A stretch of 64,000 bases of DNA from assembly GCA_965649765.1 (NCBI GenBank), contig OZ287759.1, positions 24,614,001 to 24,678,000 of the forward strand, read 5' to 3'. Source of the DNA: Bispira polyomma. Taxonomy: Eukaryota. The position numbers and the translations under genes are program-made. Of this stretch, positions 27,560 through 40,945 are shown piece after piece; within the stretch, counting starts at the first letter, position 1, and each line of letters begins with the position of its first letter. The notes beneath the pieces are model-generated. The model was not told where the DNA came from, made no database searches, and saw only the letters and a list, made by a program, of their open reading frames with translations.

Positions 27560-29110
27560 TTTGTTATATAATTTCTCCATTTGTTTAGCATATATATCTT
27601 TCCATTGTCAGACACAATCGTCAACTATTTTGTATCTTGTTAATGCACTAGCTGATATAATGATTCCTTTACTTGGATGTTATGTTATTTGCCACGTTGA
27701 CAGGCACATGCAACTGCTTCAATTTAACATATTAAAAATGCTCCATATTGCTTTATCCATTTTTCTATCCACCAACATTACAAGAAATGCATGTAAAACT
27801 TATTTTGGTCATGGGAAAGTACAGATATTATATCATAATGATCCATGCAGCTCAGACATTGCAAATTTACAAAACAAATATATATTTTTACATCAGGATA
27901 AAGCTCACAACTTTGAGAACAATAATTATATAAAGTGCATCCTCCACCAAAATATTTCTTTCATTAACCCAATGCAATGACCCTAACAACAAATAATGCA
28001 AATATATATATTTAAGACAGAAATATTTATCAACAGCCAATGATTTAATAGAACCCACTTCACTTATCTATGTGTCAGTTGTCAAGGAGGAAAAAAGCGT
28101 CATTACCTGAAGAGAGAGCATTTAGTTTTTGGTGGCATTGAGTATTCTCAAGAGAGCATATCTTTGAAACAGAATTTTATTGGCCATTAATTGATTTGTA
28201 TGGACCTTAAATCTGAACTGAAATAAATGTGATCTGAACACATCAATTAATCATACTTCTCAGGTGTAATTTTTTTGCAACATCTAAATAGCAATATTCC
28301 TTTTTTCAAACAGGGCATATCAAATCAGGATTAAAGCTCAGAAAAACAGACACAAAATAACACGACTTGTTTTGTCTAACCCATTTATCAACCAACCAGC
28401 AAGGTCTTTTTTTCTCTATCCACAAGCCGGAGTAAAGTGGAGTAAAGTGGGGAAGGGGGTTATACTCTTGTTAAGAAGTAACGTTGCTACTGAGGATGTT
28501 TTATAAAAAAAAATAGCTATTGCTCACTGGTTTCAGTGACATTATCAGCACATAAATTATGATATTGGCTGTGATGTTTCCATTAGAAGTCTCAGATGGT
28601 ATTATTTATAAAGAAAGATACTTGTGTTTGTAAATATTCAGGTATATTGTGTATTTTGATGTACAATAAAAATAATGTCTATAATGTCTAACTATACCTC
28701 TGTAATTCTTGTCTTGTAAATCTTACCCTGGTAACCTAACCTCATGAAACCATCAATATGTGTAGTGCATAGAAAATATCGCATTTACTTATTGGGACCC
28801 TCTGTAAATTTATTCAATACAGACACAGGATGACAAAAGTTGAAAATAATAGCACTAATTCATTTCCTGGCAGATTCTCTAATTTGATGGTAATTTCAGT
28901 AACTCACACAATGGAGACTAGAAGATGATCTGACACACTATATTAACAGTGGTGGAAGCTGTCCACACAGACCTCGGCAGTAAAACCATTCATTACCCAT
29001 CTGGAGAGCAACAAACATTATTACACAATACAAACAACTTGTCCAGTGCCCCAGTGTATGTCTCTCACTTTGTAATTCTCTACACTGCACTCCAAGAAGT
29101 AATGAGCTAG
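27560..29110 (-). pseudogene. Decayed cytokine-receptor-like gene, copy 4 (internally deleted)
   Basis: Blocks 28035-28165, 28370-28700 and 28860-29110 are homologous to copies 1-3 and 5. Confidence 0.65.
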
Positions 29111-30159
29111 TGTCTAGTTGGAGTTTCCTTCTGTTTTTTGTTCATTTTTTGTGTTGCGATGCTGTTTAACATTCTTTTCAACCAAAAATATTAAGTTGGG
29201 CGGTTTATTGATTAGGTATAGCAGTACATGTTATTTTTTTCATTAGTAAATCTGGTGTTACTTCTGTCTCTTATATTTAATAAATCTTCTAATTTCCAGT
29301 AAGTTATTATTATGTAAGATATCATGCCTGTCTAACCAGGGTTACCCCCCTGATACAATTAGTTTCACAGACTCTTAATTTGTGGTTCAACAAAGCACAT
29401 CAATTGGGTTTTACTAATTTTACGTCTTGTGATTTTTTAAACACAGTACACTATTGATAAAGTTTCAAGCCCCTTCCTTACACCTAATGTTATGGAAATT
29501 GGCAGCATGAAGGAACAAATATGATTTAAAACCATATTAGTAGTTTCTTTAAGTCAGTGGTTTACAGCAAAAAGAGTTAGTTTGTTTCACCCTTAAATCT
29601 GGCAATTGCAATATGTACTGGGCTGTTAAAAACGATGTAAAAACCCGACTAAATTTAACTAATTCAAACTCACATTGGTAAGAGGCCAGCTTCTAACCAC
29701 AAGGCCACTGCCACCGACCACCAACTGACACGGGCAAAAAATACAACAATTTTGGCGGAGATAACAGCTATCATTACCAACGCTGTTTAAATAACTTTTC
29801 AACTCTCTCATGGATGATGACCAAAGATTTAAAAAGCCTCTCCTTAATTAGATCTGACTACTTATAACTAACATAAAGAAACATTTGCTAATTTAATGTA
29901 GTCCATCTGTATGCTTTATCGGGGATCTCATTTCACCAAGCATCTGATGCATCATTAATGTGAAATGTTTTCTAGTCTGAAAAATGCTAACAGTATTAAA
30001 CGCTAGACACTATTTCTACTATGAAAGATGACCATAAAATACGAGCATAAATCAATTGCTTTCACTAATTTTCTCTGCCAAAAAATATAATAGGTTTCCC
30101 ACAGAGTGTGTGCATTATTAATGCATTTATTTATTTTTATGTGTTTTACTTATTTACAG

Positions 30160-31950
30160 TATCTTATTGACAAATGTCACTTTAATTGACAAATTGGGAA
30201 GAGGGAGTTCCAACAAATGATGATAAAGAACACTGAGAACGTCTTCTTGACAAATTTGCTGCCATTTTATGGACATAACATAAGTGAAATAATTAATTCA
30301 GAAGTGCCATCTCCCGTGGCCCACCAGGGAACGCGATAAAAAGGTCATGTCAACCCAGACATTGACATGGTATATAGTCCTTAATAAATGAAAACACCAT
30401 AATCCAGTTGTATAAAGCATGCCAATGGATTAATGGGGACATCAGTGGTGCAGAGGTAACACTCTCGAGGCCTTAATACAATGCCGACTACACAACACTG
30501 CACTACAGGGGATGACACAGCAGTCCCCGTTATTAAGGTTGATATAGAAGGTCAGAATTATATCAGAGAGTTCAAATTTGTAAGTTATAGTCAAGTTTAT
30601 GAACACAGATAGTAAAAGATTTCACTTTGAGGGTTTATTTTTTACATGTTAGTAGTATATGTAAATGATAATATATAAAAAAGTAAAATGCTTAAAAATT
30701 TATTTAAACATCACAAATTTTTACAGCCCCAACTAGGCAACACTAACAATGATAAAACCAGGACTAACCAAATATACAGGACTAGCCAAAACAAAATCAT
30801 ATTTCATAATATTCATTATACGATACAGTAAACAATTAGCAAATTACACTTTGCAGTACGTATAACATGATTAATAACAGCAGTAAGTTTTTAATCATCA
30901 AACTAAAATAACTAAGAAACGAAAAAAAAAAAAAAATTCTATAGTTCTGTTATTAATGGTTACTGGTGTTCTAAATATTTGCAAGTATCATAAGGTTTTG
31001 ACAACCCCAAACAGCCATAAACCACCCACAAACGTTGTTTTTTTGGTTGTAACTAATTCCTTCATGTTCCAGCAGTCATTGCTTGTAAACAGGCTATAAA
31101 CGTATAGTCAAGTGCCCTTTAAATGAGCCATTTCACATATTTAACCACACTTTACTATTTTTGTCACCATTTAAACACACGTGACGCGTTTTCATACTGA
31201 CACACATATATAAAGTGATCATTCTACCATTACATTAACACTGATATGACAAATGCCCCCCTTTAAATGTATTTTCCTTATTTTATTCAACTTGACTGTT
31301 TTTTGGCTACCCCTGGCTTTGGACACCGAATTGCCTAGCAGACGATAGTTAAACCTCTTAGAGCTTCTATTCTACTCTGGAACCCTAGACATGAACTCAG
31401 AGGAAAGTAAAAGAAGGCAGAACTCTCATTCCACACAGCCAGAGGAGCATTACAGTAACCCTTTTTGTAATAAGTCAAAGTGACTACAAGTAATTTCGAT
31501 CTACAAAATTCAACATTTACCATGTTACGTCCGGTTTAGCATCTACATTCATTGTTACTCATTTTTGTTTACTGAGAGTGCCAACTGGCCCTCACACTGA
31601 CTTATTCCTAGCTGTGGTATTCAGGAGAAGTAGTGGGAGTTAAAATAATTTTCACTTGTTGCTTGTTCGAAGTCAAATTCCATATGGCAGTATAATGCCA
31701 AGAAAAGCCGGGAACTGTTAATTACTTCTGCAATGTGATTGGCCCTAGAATAGCTATGGTAAAATGCCCTGAAGATAGCTATAACTAATTTTTAATTAAG
31801 GTGGTGTGTTATATTTAACGTGGACTGAGATAGCAGTCTCCTGAAGTAGACGTGCATAGCACACGACAGGACAGTACTATTGATATCAAGATGAGACAGC
31901 ACTACATAATCTATGTCAAATAAATGCATCACTACAATTGAGGTTTTTCC
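30160..31950 (+). pseudogene. Divergent FN3-FN3-TM receptor pseudo-exons (copy 6)
   Basis: Exon tatttacag|30160-30579|gtaagt reads NTENVFLTNLLPFYGHNIS and WINGDISGAEVTL. 31350-31760 reads RASILLWNPRHELRGK, IYKIQHLPCYVRFSIYIHCYS and a hydrophobic GEVVGVKIIFTCCLF. Stops and frameshifts present. Confidence 0.65.
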
Positions 31951-33419
31951 TTTGTAGCTATTTGTGCACAAACAATTTAGAAAGATGCAAAGGCACAACT
32001 TCTTTTAGAGATTTATCCAAGTCAAATTGTTGTGTTGTGTTGTGTCGTATTTCTATTTTTTGTTGTGTTGTCGGCAATCTCTAAAGTTCTAAAGTTTCCG
32101 CCTCTGCGGTCATGGGTTGTGAATCTGGTCTCCAACATTTTTGTGGGAAAGGTTGAATGTCAGCTTGTATAATAAGCGGATGTAAATCAGGGGCTGTATT
32201 CTCAAAAGATCTCAAGCTTAACTCAGAGTCAAGCCTAAATCTGAAGTCCCCATATCCCTGGCTCATATCTTTTAAATTAATGCAGCAAAATTTATAAATA
32301 AAATGTTCTTAGTGTGCTTAGTGGGCCTAATTTCTTGTGATTCCCTGTTTTCATTTAAAGTGACATTTGCAAAAGCAGATTGTAAATAATGAAAACACTC
32401 TGAAAATCTCACTAATGTTAGTGAAAGCAGCAAAACGTACCAAGAAAGACATTCCTTATGCTCTTTATGGACATCATTTGTTGGAGTTCTGTGTTGCAAA
32501 TGTGTCAAGGTGACATTTGCACTAATATACTGTAAATAATTAAAACAAGTAAAAAAACAATGCATAATTTTTTTATTTTTTTTTTTTTGCAAATTGATGC
32601 GCAACCTATGTAGGAAAACCTGTCTCATTTGCTGCTAGCGAAAATTGCTGAAAGCAAATGATTTATGCTATCTCATAGAACCCTGTCATTTCTTACAGTC
32701 CCGAAACTGTTTGCCTGTTTTACTTTCACAGAATAGCAAACATTGAACATTATGAGAGATCAGATCTCTAGTGAACAGAGCCCAGATAAAACATATAAAT
32801 GTAAATTGGCTAAACCTTAAAAGAAAAACTACCTTATCTTGTGGTTGATATAAGTAGTCAGACACAAGTAAGGACTAATTGTTTCTTGGAGCATAAATCA
32901 CCTTGAAAATACAGAAAATAAACTTACTTAAAAATCATTGGTTGTGATATTTGTTACCTTCGACCAGCAGGTTTCCTTTTTAAAAGGTATTTTACATGTC
33001 AACATAATAAATAAACTAATAAAATAAATAATCCAATAAATTGGTGCCAGATATCCACTTAATGACTTTGTAATTTATTTGTACTTTTGATTCTAAAACA
33101 CAAGCCTTGTTTAATTTTTTAGTTTTACTTTGATATGACCCATTAAATAATAAATTACATTTTGGATTGGATACGGATGACCATTTTTTCAACTTTTGCC
33201 CCCTGGCAGATGCATGCTCTCTATAGAGTGCTCTTTAGGTTTTGTTTTTGTTAAGTTAAACAATAAAGGAAGCAAACATTATACAGAATAGTATGTCAGT
33301 ACACATTGTTATTTCCGTCCTCTATTTCGTAACTTAGGCAACTGACAGGTACTTGTCAGTTTAAACTTTATGCTTTTTTCGTTTACCTCAAACAATTGAA
33401 AAGCAAATACAAATACAAA

Positions 33420-36400
33420 AAATATCTGCTTATTCCTTTGTTGGAGGGCAGTGTACACCAGAACAGCAGAGATATAGACACTAGGTCACTAGACAATTGA
33501 TTTGTATTGTGTAATAATCACGTTTGTTGCTCTCCAGATGGGTAATGGATGGTTTTACTGCAGAGTGCTGTGTGAACAGCCTCCACCACTGTTAATATAG
33601 TGTGTCTGATCATCTTCTGGTCTCAACTGTGTGATTTACATAGAATTGTAGTAGTAAACCCCCAAAAATGTACCAATAACTGAAATTGTTACACCAAAAA
33701 TTAATGTAGTGTTACACCCATTGTTGTGATTTATTTTATAATTCTATTTGAATAAAATGTTCGTCAATCTTTGTTTTGTATTGAATAAATTCAAAGACTC
33801 TTTTTGCGACACATAGTGGCCCATTTGATGAGATTGGACTGTGTGTTTTGGGTGTTTGGAATACAAATTTAAAAGATCACAATTACAGGGACTCTCTCCA
33901 GGTAATAATTTTTTTCCAATAAATTTTTACACTATAAACATTATTGGTATTATTAGTATACCACAATATGCAATACACATTTATATTTACAAAATATAAG
34001 TTTATTTCTTGACTACGAAGTCCAATTTTTGACTTCTACTTCTGTCATAGGTCACAGTCAACGTCATAATTTATGTATTTTGAAATGTCAGTTTTCTCCC
34101 GCTGAAGCCGTTGGGCAACAGCTACTTTTTTTTTACTCAACTGCAAACAAAAAGAATGTGGAAAAAACATCCCCATTAGCAATTTTGTTTCTTCAGAACA
34201 GTAGTCCACCTCCCCTCCCCACTTCACTGTGCCTTGCGGACAGAAATAAAGACCCTGCTGCTTTGTTGATAAATGGATGTACAGTAAAAATGGGATGAAA
34301 ACAAGTCACATGTCACACTAAAAAAAGAGACCCTTGTGATGGCCATAAATATTTCATATGGCTTGTGTTCTGACAAATTTAAAGTTAGTGGATGTTTCCA
34401 TGCAGGAAATTTTCTGGGGCGATCAGCCGATGGCCGGCGTCAATTTGATCAGTTTTATTGATTTAGAAGTATCTGTTTCCATGTGGGCAAAGGCGATAGC
34501 CAGTGGGCGAGGCAATTTTATTTCTCCTGGAAGTGAAAACATAAAAATTACCGATTGTTGTGTACCGTCGCACATTACCAACATGCAAATATAGACTTAT
34601 GCTCAATCTTCACCATAGCAAATTCAGGCTTTTTGTTATAATTTACTATTGAAATGTTTGTTAAATGTTTCTGCAACTAAGTTCGAACTGTTGGTATCCC
34701 AAATTTGCAATTCCCAATTCAAAAATTGTTTCTTTTATAAAAAGAACTCTCAACTTTTAATAAATCTGGTAAAATCTGATAACGAATTATTAGTATAATT
34801 GCACTATAGTTCAATTATTGGTATTTAACAAACTATAAAATCTAATATATGTTTATGTAAGAATGCTGCATACATTTTTAAGGCTTTTGCATAATCAAAA
34901 CTAGAAATTATATTAGGTGGCACAGATCTTAAATTAGTCATTTTATCAAAGTGAGCCTTCAGTTAGATTCAACGTATCACATATTCACTTTAGTACATGA
35001 AATATCTTGCTGTCTACACAACAATGTACTATTTTCTGTCTTCCAGAGAAAACAGCATCTTCTGGTTAAACAAATGTGTTAGACATTGAATCCAGACAGA
35101 TGTGAGTTGAAGACATGCTTCTTTGAGAATACTCAATGTCTTTCAAGACAAAATGCTCTCTCTTCAGGTAATGACCCCCTCCTCCCTCTTTACAAGGACT
35201 GACACACAGATAAATGAGGCAGACTGTATTAAATTATTGGCTGTTTGTAAATATCTTGATGTCTCTCTTTCTCTGGTATTTGTTATGCATTTTTCATCTA
35301 GGTCATTTGTTAAACTGTTTCATTAAATTAATAAATTATTTCCTTATTTGCACAATGTACTGCTTTATGGACGTGAAGGAGTTATGACTTCATATTATCA
35401 TTGTTTACAACTCATAACTTAAACAGTTTTAATAGTGGATAATAGTTTAATAGTTTTTTTTTTCAGTTAAAAAGAAGAGCTTTGTTGGTGGGGATAAATA
35501 CCAGGAAGAAGATGGAAAGAATTCATGAAATTTGCTGTATATATAGAACTAGACTCATTTATATGTGGTACAACAAACATTTTTTGTTAGCTTTGCCTTA
35601 ATTTTTAAGCTACATGAATCATTCTAAGACAATGTACTTCCAGAAGGGCTTGATAAAGTTTATATCATTCATCAATATGTTTCCAGTAAAAATGATGGAG
35701 CAATATGGAGCAATTGACCCACAGTAAATGAAATGTCACATACTTATTTTTTTTGCATTGAAAGATGTTTTACTTCTCTTCACCTGACTAGGGATACTCT
35801 ATCATATTGTCAAATGTTTCCTAGTCTGTGAAATTGAAGCAGTTGGGTGTTCCTGTCGACGTGACAAATAACAAGTTTTATCTGAGATTGTAAATCATGG
35901 GACATTGTTATCACAAAAAAACTGAGATACCATTATAAACACAAATAGATTTTGTAGTGCTTCAACAGCTATTAAAACACTTGTCAATAGTGTCATATAA
36001 ATGAGAATGGATAATAATTTATATTGTAAATATTGACCGTCTGATTATGTCTGATACGAGATAATTGGATTAACTTTATGAAAACAAGATTTTTGTGGTT
36101 TTAAATTTGGTTTTATGTGTTCTTTTCCATTAAGATTGAGAAAGTTAATTCCGAAAAAAAAACCAAAAGAACACTAATTATTACTCATTACCTTCACATA
36201 AATAGGAAAGACAATAAGTACCGTATTGTAGTGCTACCTCATCCTATATGGCCAGGGGTTATGGAGTTGGTCCAGTTATCTTAATGTCCTGGAAGTTGGT
36301 TTGTTGAGCAGAAGATTCCCAGTTTGGGGTCGGTAATGACATAATGGTCAGTACGAATAACACACTTAGGCAAGATGTGAGCATACCATTACCTACTGAT

Positions 36401-36470
36401 GGTGACCACTTGGCTATGTATTAGGATCATGATTCATTGTCTGTCAATGATGGAATTATAATTTAGTTGG
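33420..36470 (+). pseudogene. Decayed cytokine-receptor-like gene, copy 5 (inverted relative to copies 1-4)
   Basis: 33450-33670, 33920-34380, 34940-35420, 35770-35880 and 36220-36460 are reverse complements of the unit blocks. Reads HFTVPCGQK*RPCCFVDKWM at ~34218-34280. Confidence 0.7.
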
Positions 36471-38114
36471 TTTTTGCAGTGTTTCAATAGCTCAGGTCAT
36501 ATCGTAATAGCCAGATGGTGGGTGGAAGAAACCATTGCTGAAGCACTGTAAACCACTGATGTAAAGCAAGTACCTAATTGAGCTGATTAAACCCTCAAAA
36601 AGCACTGCCAGAAAAACATGTACGTATATATTTTGAAGCAAAAGTGGGCCTATATAAACCCCTAAGCATGTTAACATGTATGGCTTTTAGATTTGGTTTT
36701 TTGTAGATTACACAGTTGAGATCAAAGTCTGTATTCTCAAACTAAAACTGAAGTTCAGAATCACATACAGCTTAAAGGAAAACCATATGAAAGTTTTTGC
36801 ATATGGAAAAATACAAGACATGTAAGTATTTATTTGGACAAAGTTTGCAATGTTGAATTCAAATATGCAGTCAGATTTTACATATTTTCACTACGGCCAG
36901 AAAAACATTTGAGTTTAAATCTAAATTTAGCTTGAGATTTTTGACGAATACCACACACAAGGATACAATCTGACAAGCAGACAATGCCGTTTTCTCCATA
37001 ATCTATTTCAAGGACATGGCCATACATTTCCCATCTGTAGAGTAATAAGCTCAATTAATTCTCAATAAAAACCTTTTGAATAAATATTTTCGGTTGGTAA
37101 CTAGAACGTGAAAAAATATCCTTTTTTCTGTTAAATATTTTCCACTAATAACAACATTTAGGCTGTGCATGAAATATCTTTCCTTTGAAGAAGTAAGTCA
37201 CCCTCTGAATTAATTGCCAGTTTGTTGTGTTGTTAGAAAGATTGAGTTGCAGAAAGCGCAGGAAGAGTGTCATTACTCGCAATGCTATTGAGGGAACAGT
37301 TAAATGGGCAGTTAAGTTGTATGGATGTTGCTCTATATAGTAGGTCTTGCTTCAATTTTTGTATTGTACCTAGCATTGTATATTATATTTTAATGTATTT
37401 TATTGAGTCATTCAATCAAATGTAACAAGTGTACCAATATCTATTAGGCCCTCTATCTAGGCTTATCGTCCACCACTGCAATTTTGGCTTTAGATTTTGG
37501 CCCAGGATGTAATAATAAATTTGGCAGTAGACTTGCTGAAAGCTAATGGTTTACAGTGTACAAATGAAATAAATATATTTCCATAAATTGTCTGTGCCGA
37601 TAGAAAATATAAAAGTGCTGAAAGTGGCTTTGTACCTAACTAAACAAATAAACAAACCCCATATCTCTATTGATAGCAATAACAATAATATATAAAGACT
37701 ATAACTGGCCCTCAAAATCACTATTTGACAATATATATAAAATATTGCACTTATTAATCATATTCTATTATTAATTCATTTCCTTAGAGCATCGACTTAA
37801 ATCTGTGCAAAATTGAAAAACACAATTTAAGGTTACCTTAACACTTGATTTGAGTAAACCTAAACATGTTCTTATCCCATTCAGTTCTTTTTGTACTTCG
37901 CATTAGTAAATCACATACTACAGAGACCAGGAGAAAAAAAAACAATACTGAGTTCATTTCTCCACACTCTATTTTAAGGTAATGGCCATTCATTTCCCAG
38001 TTGGAGAGTAACAAGCTCAATTAATGATTAGTATAAATAAACTGACTGCTGGTTATCACTCATATTTTCTGTGTTCAGTATCCAACAAAAACTATCTATG
38101 AAGCCTTTGATAAA

Positions 38115-38560
38115 CCTTCTGATTCTCTGATTGATCAATACTACATTAGTGAGCTTTATCTGTGAAAGGTGTTGTATATATTTTGCAAACCACATTATAG
38201 AAATTGGGGTTTTTAACACTGATCCAAGACATTTTTATTTATTGTCGTCTAAAAATATTCAGCTACGACACATCTGTATGTTTAAATGCTATTCAAGCTG
38301 GCTAACATTATTAGCACCATTAATATCATCATCCAATTTTCTATGAGAGTTACTGGTTTCTTACTGGTTGTGCTTCTAAGAAAGGTTAATTGGTGCTTTG
38401 TGTCCCACTCCACAGGAAATTTGAAACTAACTGTGCATCTTATACTTGTTGTGGCTAGGGGTATTGCATCCCCCAAAAACATCTGTGGACTCACTGTGCA
38501 CCTCTGCGATTGTGGGTGCAAATATCTGTCCTGATGTGGAAGTCGTATTATTTATAAACC
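38115..38560 (-). pseudogene. Ig-like pseudo-exon, probable receptor N-terminal domain (copy 7)
   Basis: RCTVSPQMFLGDAIPLATTSIRCTVSFKFPVEWDTKHQLTFLRS, then after a frameshift TIIKMSWISVKNPNFYNVVCKIY. The beta-strand and Cys pattern is Ig-like. Confidence 0.4.
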
Positions 38561-40699
38561 ATTACAAAACTGACAATGTTGCTAATATATACTTGCAATA
38601 CTTAACATAAACAAACGGGTATGTTTCATTAATTTTTATGTATTGGCATTTATCAAAACGGGTGTATGTCTTTAAATACAGCTATTAACTATAAGTCAGC
38701 ATATTACAAAATAACTATACCACGTGCAACTAATACCTAGGTCTCATTTACATGGTTAGCCTTTACAAATGCACCTCAAACGTCTCTGTATCTATCAATG
38801 ATAATATTTTTTTACTTTGTTTCAGGTATGCCTACATTAGGAGTGCTGTTTACATCTGTCAGTATTAGTTGCGTAGCTATAAAAGTTTTGAAATGTTTAA
38901 AATATATGTGGCAGAAAATTCGTTTGTGAGGGTTTTGTGGGGAGAGGGGAGCGGAGGGGTATACGTCTTGATTTTTGGGGGAATATTTGGATACGTTTGT
39001 CATCAGTAGCAGGTTGTGTTGGCTCGTTTGGCATTAATGTCAATTAGTAGCAGTTAGTGACCATCCGTCTAGGTATCAGTGTGGTATTAGTGGGTATTGG
39101 TTACTGTTTGTTATGTCTATCTTTCTTTTTTGTGGGTGTTAGTGGAGGTACCTGTCACTTTTGCAGCAGGTCTGTCACAGTTTTATTATGGATTATTTCG
39201 AACATGCAACAACTAGGATTTGTAAGATGCAACGAATACGTCTGAACATTTCTCTGAATGACACTTAGCCTTTACAACAATACCCTTTCTGTACTGAATT
39301 TAAAATATAAAAAAAACTAGGACTAATACCAAATTAGTACCATTTTTTTCTTCTTGAAGTCACTATATTCTATCAACAAGTGTCATCAGATCGTTTTTAT
39401 ATCCTTTCTATAAGTACAAATTATGTGTCTTGATAGTCATGCTCTCATTTTATCTTTTTCTTATCCACAACCTTTACTCTTTGATATTTCAAAAGCAATA
39501 TACAAGAGTATTTGTAATAAAGTTAGGTGACACATGCAGTCACCTATCTCTTTGCCTCCATAAATCAAGATTTCCATGTCTCATAAAATGGGTATTTCTG
39601 TAATCAACTCTGAAAATGGGCTGTTTCTAATCCTATGAAATATGCATATTGCCCTTTAAGTTCTGTTTCCATATACAAGCGGACGTATATTCCTGCAGAT
39701 CAAACATACTATTGGTCAATGCAGTTAAGATCATTTATTTAATAACAGTTTTTTAAGACATACCTTTCGTATTATCTGATTTTTATAATTCTGCAAGTAT
39801 TTTGTTCACTCTGTTATGGTAATACTTTTGATAGCAAATTTTATTGTATTTTGTATCTTTGTATATTGCATTTATTTAACAAGCCTGTGAAGGAAATTAA
39901 TTAATTAGCCAATTGAGAAGTCCATAAAAACATAGCCACTGTCGAAAGGAAAGATGAAGGAGTGCACAGGTAGGTAAATTAATACTAACTTGATAAGCCA
40001 GTTTCCTAAACACAGAAAGTCTTTCTAGTAATCCTAGCTTAACAGGCAGACTTCTCCATAACATATGGGCTCAGAAATTTTGGTGAAAGCTCTAGATCCA
40101 TCCCTCTTGGTAGGTTTTACAGAAAAAAAATCAGACACCCCCAACATGGTTTTGGCTCTTAGAGCCATTTTACACATATGTAACATACGCAGATGAGAGC
40201 AAGTATTAAAGAATTATATAATTAAAAACAAATTCTTCAACTAAGATTTGCATGTGTATTAAAACAGAGGCACTTAAAAACTTTGATTGTTGTTACGAAA
40301 TACTTTCTTTTACTTTTACAACATCACAATATTGTGTTGTATATTGCAGCTTTAATGCTAGTTTTAATGCTTTCCTTGTTTCATCAGTAGACAGACACTC
40401 TGTCATATTATGGAATGTTTCTGTGAGAGAGTCTGTGAAATTGAAATAGACTGGCTTGTCACAGTGAAAAATAGCTGATCTAATCTGAGGGTATAAATTC
40501 TGCATGTGAACCATTTGTTTGGTTCTTAGGGTACAAGAAAGACAAAGGTAATAATAACACGATTTCAGCGAACAGTAATAAAGTACGTTATTGTTGGAAT
40601 GGAGCAAATGGGCGGCCCAATACTAACCAGGCTGATAGCCATAATACCTAGAGAAAACTGCATATGTCGAGAGTGCTTATCACTTTAAAGCTAGAAGTT

Positions 40700-40945
40700 G
40701 TAGTGCCCTGGCGTGTCTAAGCAAGTTTGACAATAGGTGTTATATTTTTTTTATAAAACCCAAAAAGTGTTTCTGGTGATCTAAGCTCAGCAGAGAGACT
40801 ATACCATAACAAAGGGGCAGCAATTGAGAAAAAAGTTATAGATCTGGTCATCTTGGTAGGTTTACAGGGGAGACGGATTGAAAGATTAGTAGCAAGGTAG
40901 GGGGGGCTGTTGAGAGACAATATATTTGAAACTGGTGACATGGAA
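40700..40945 (-). mobile_element. L2/CR1 3' fragment
   Basis: PPYLA...FSIAAPLLWYSLSAELRS. Further old fragments lie at ~41915-42120 (+), 45830-46110 (+) and 48270-48510 (-). Confidence 0.75.
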
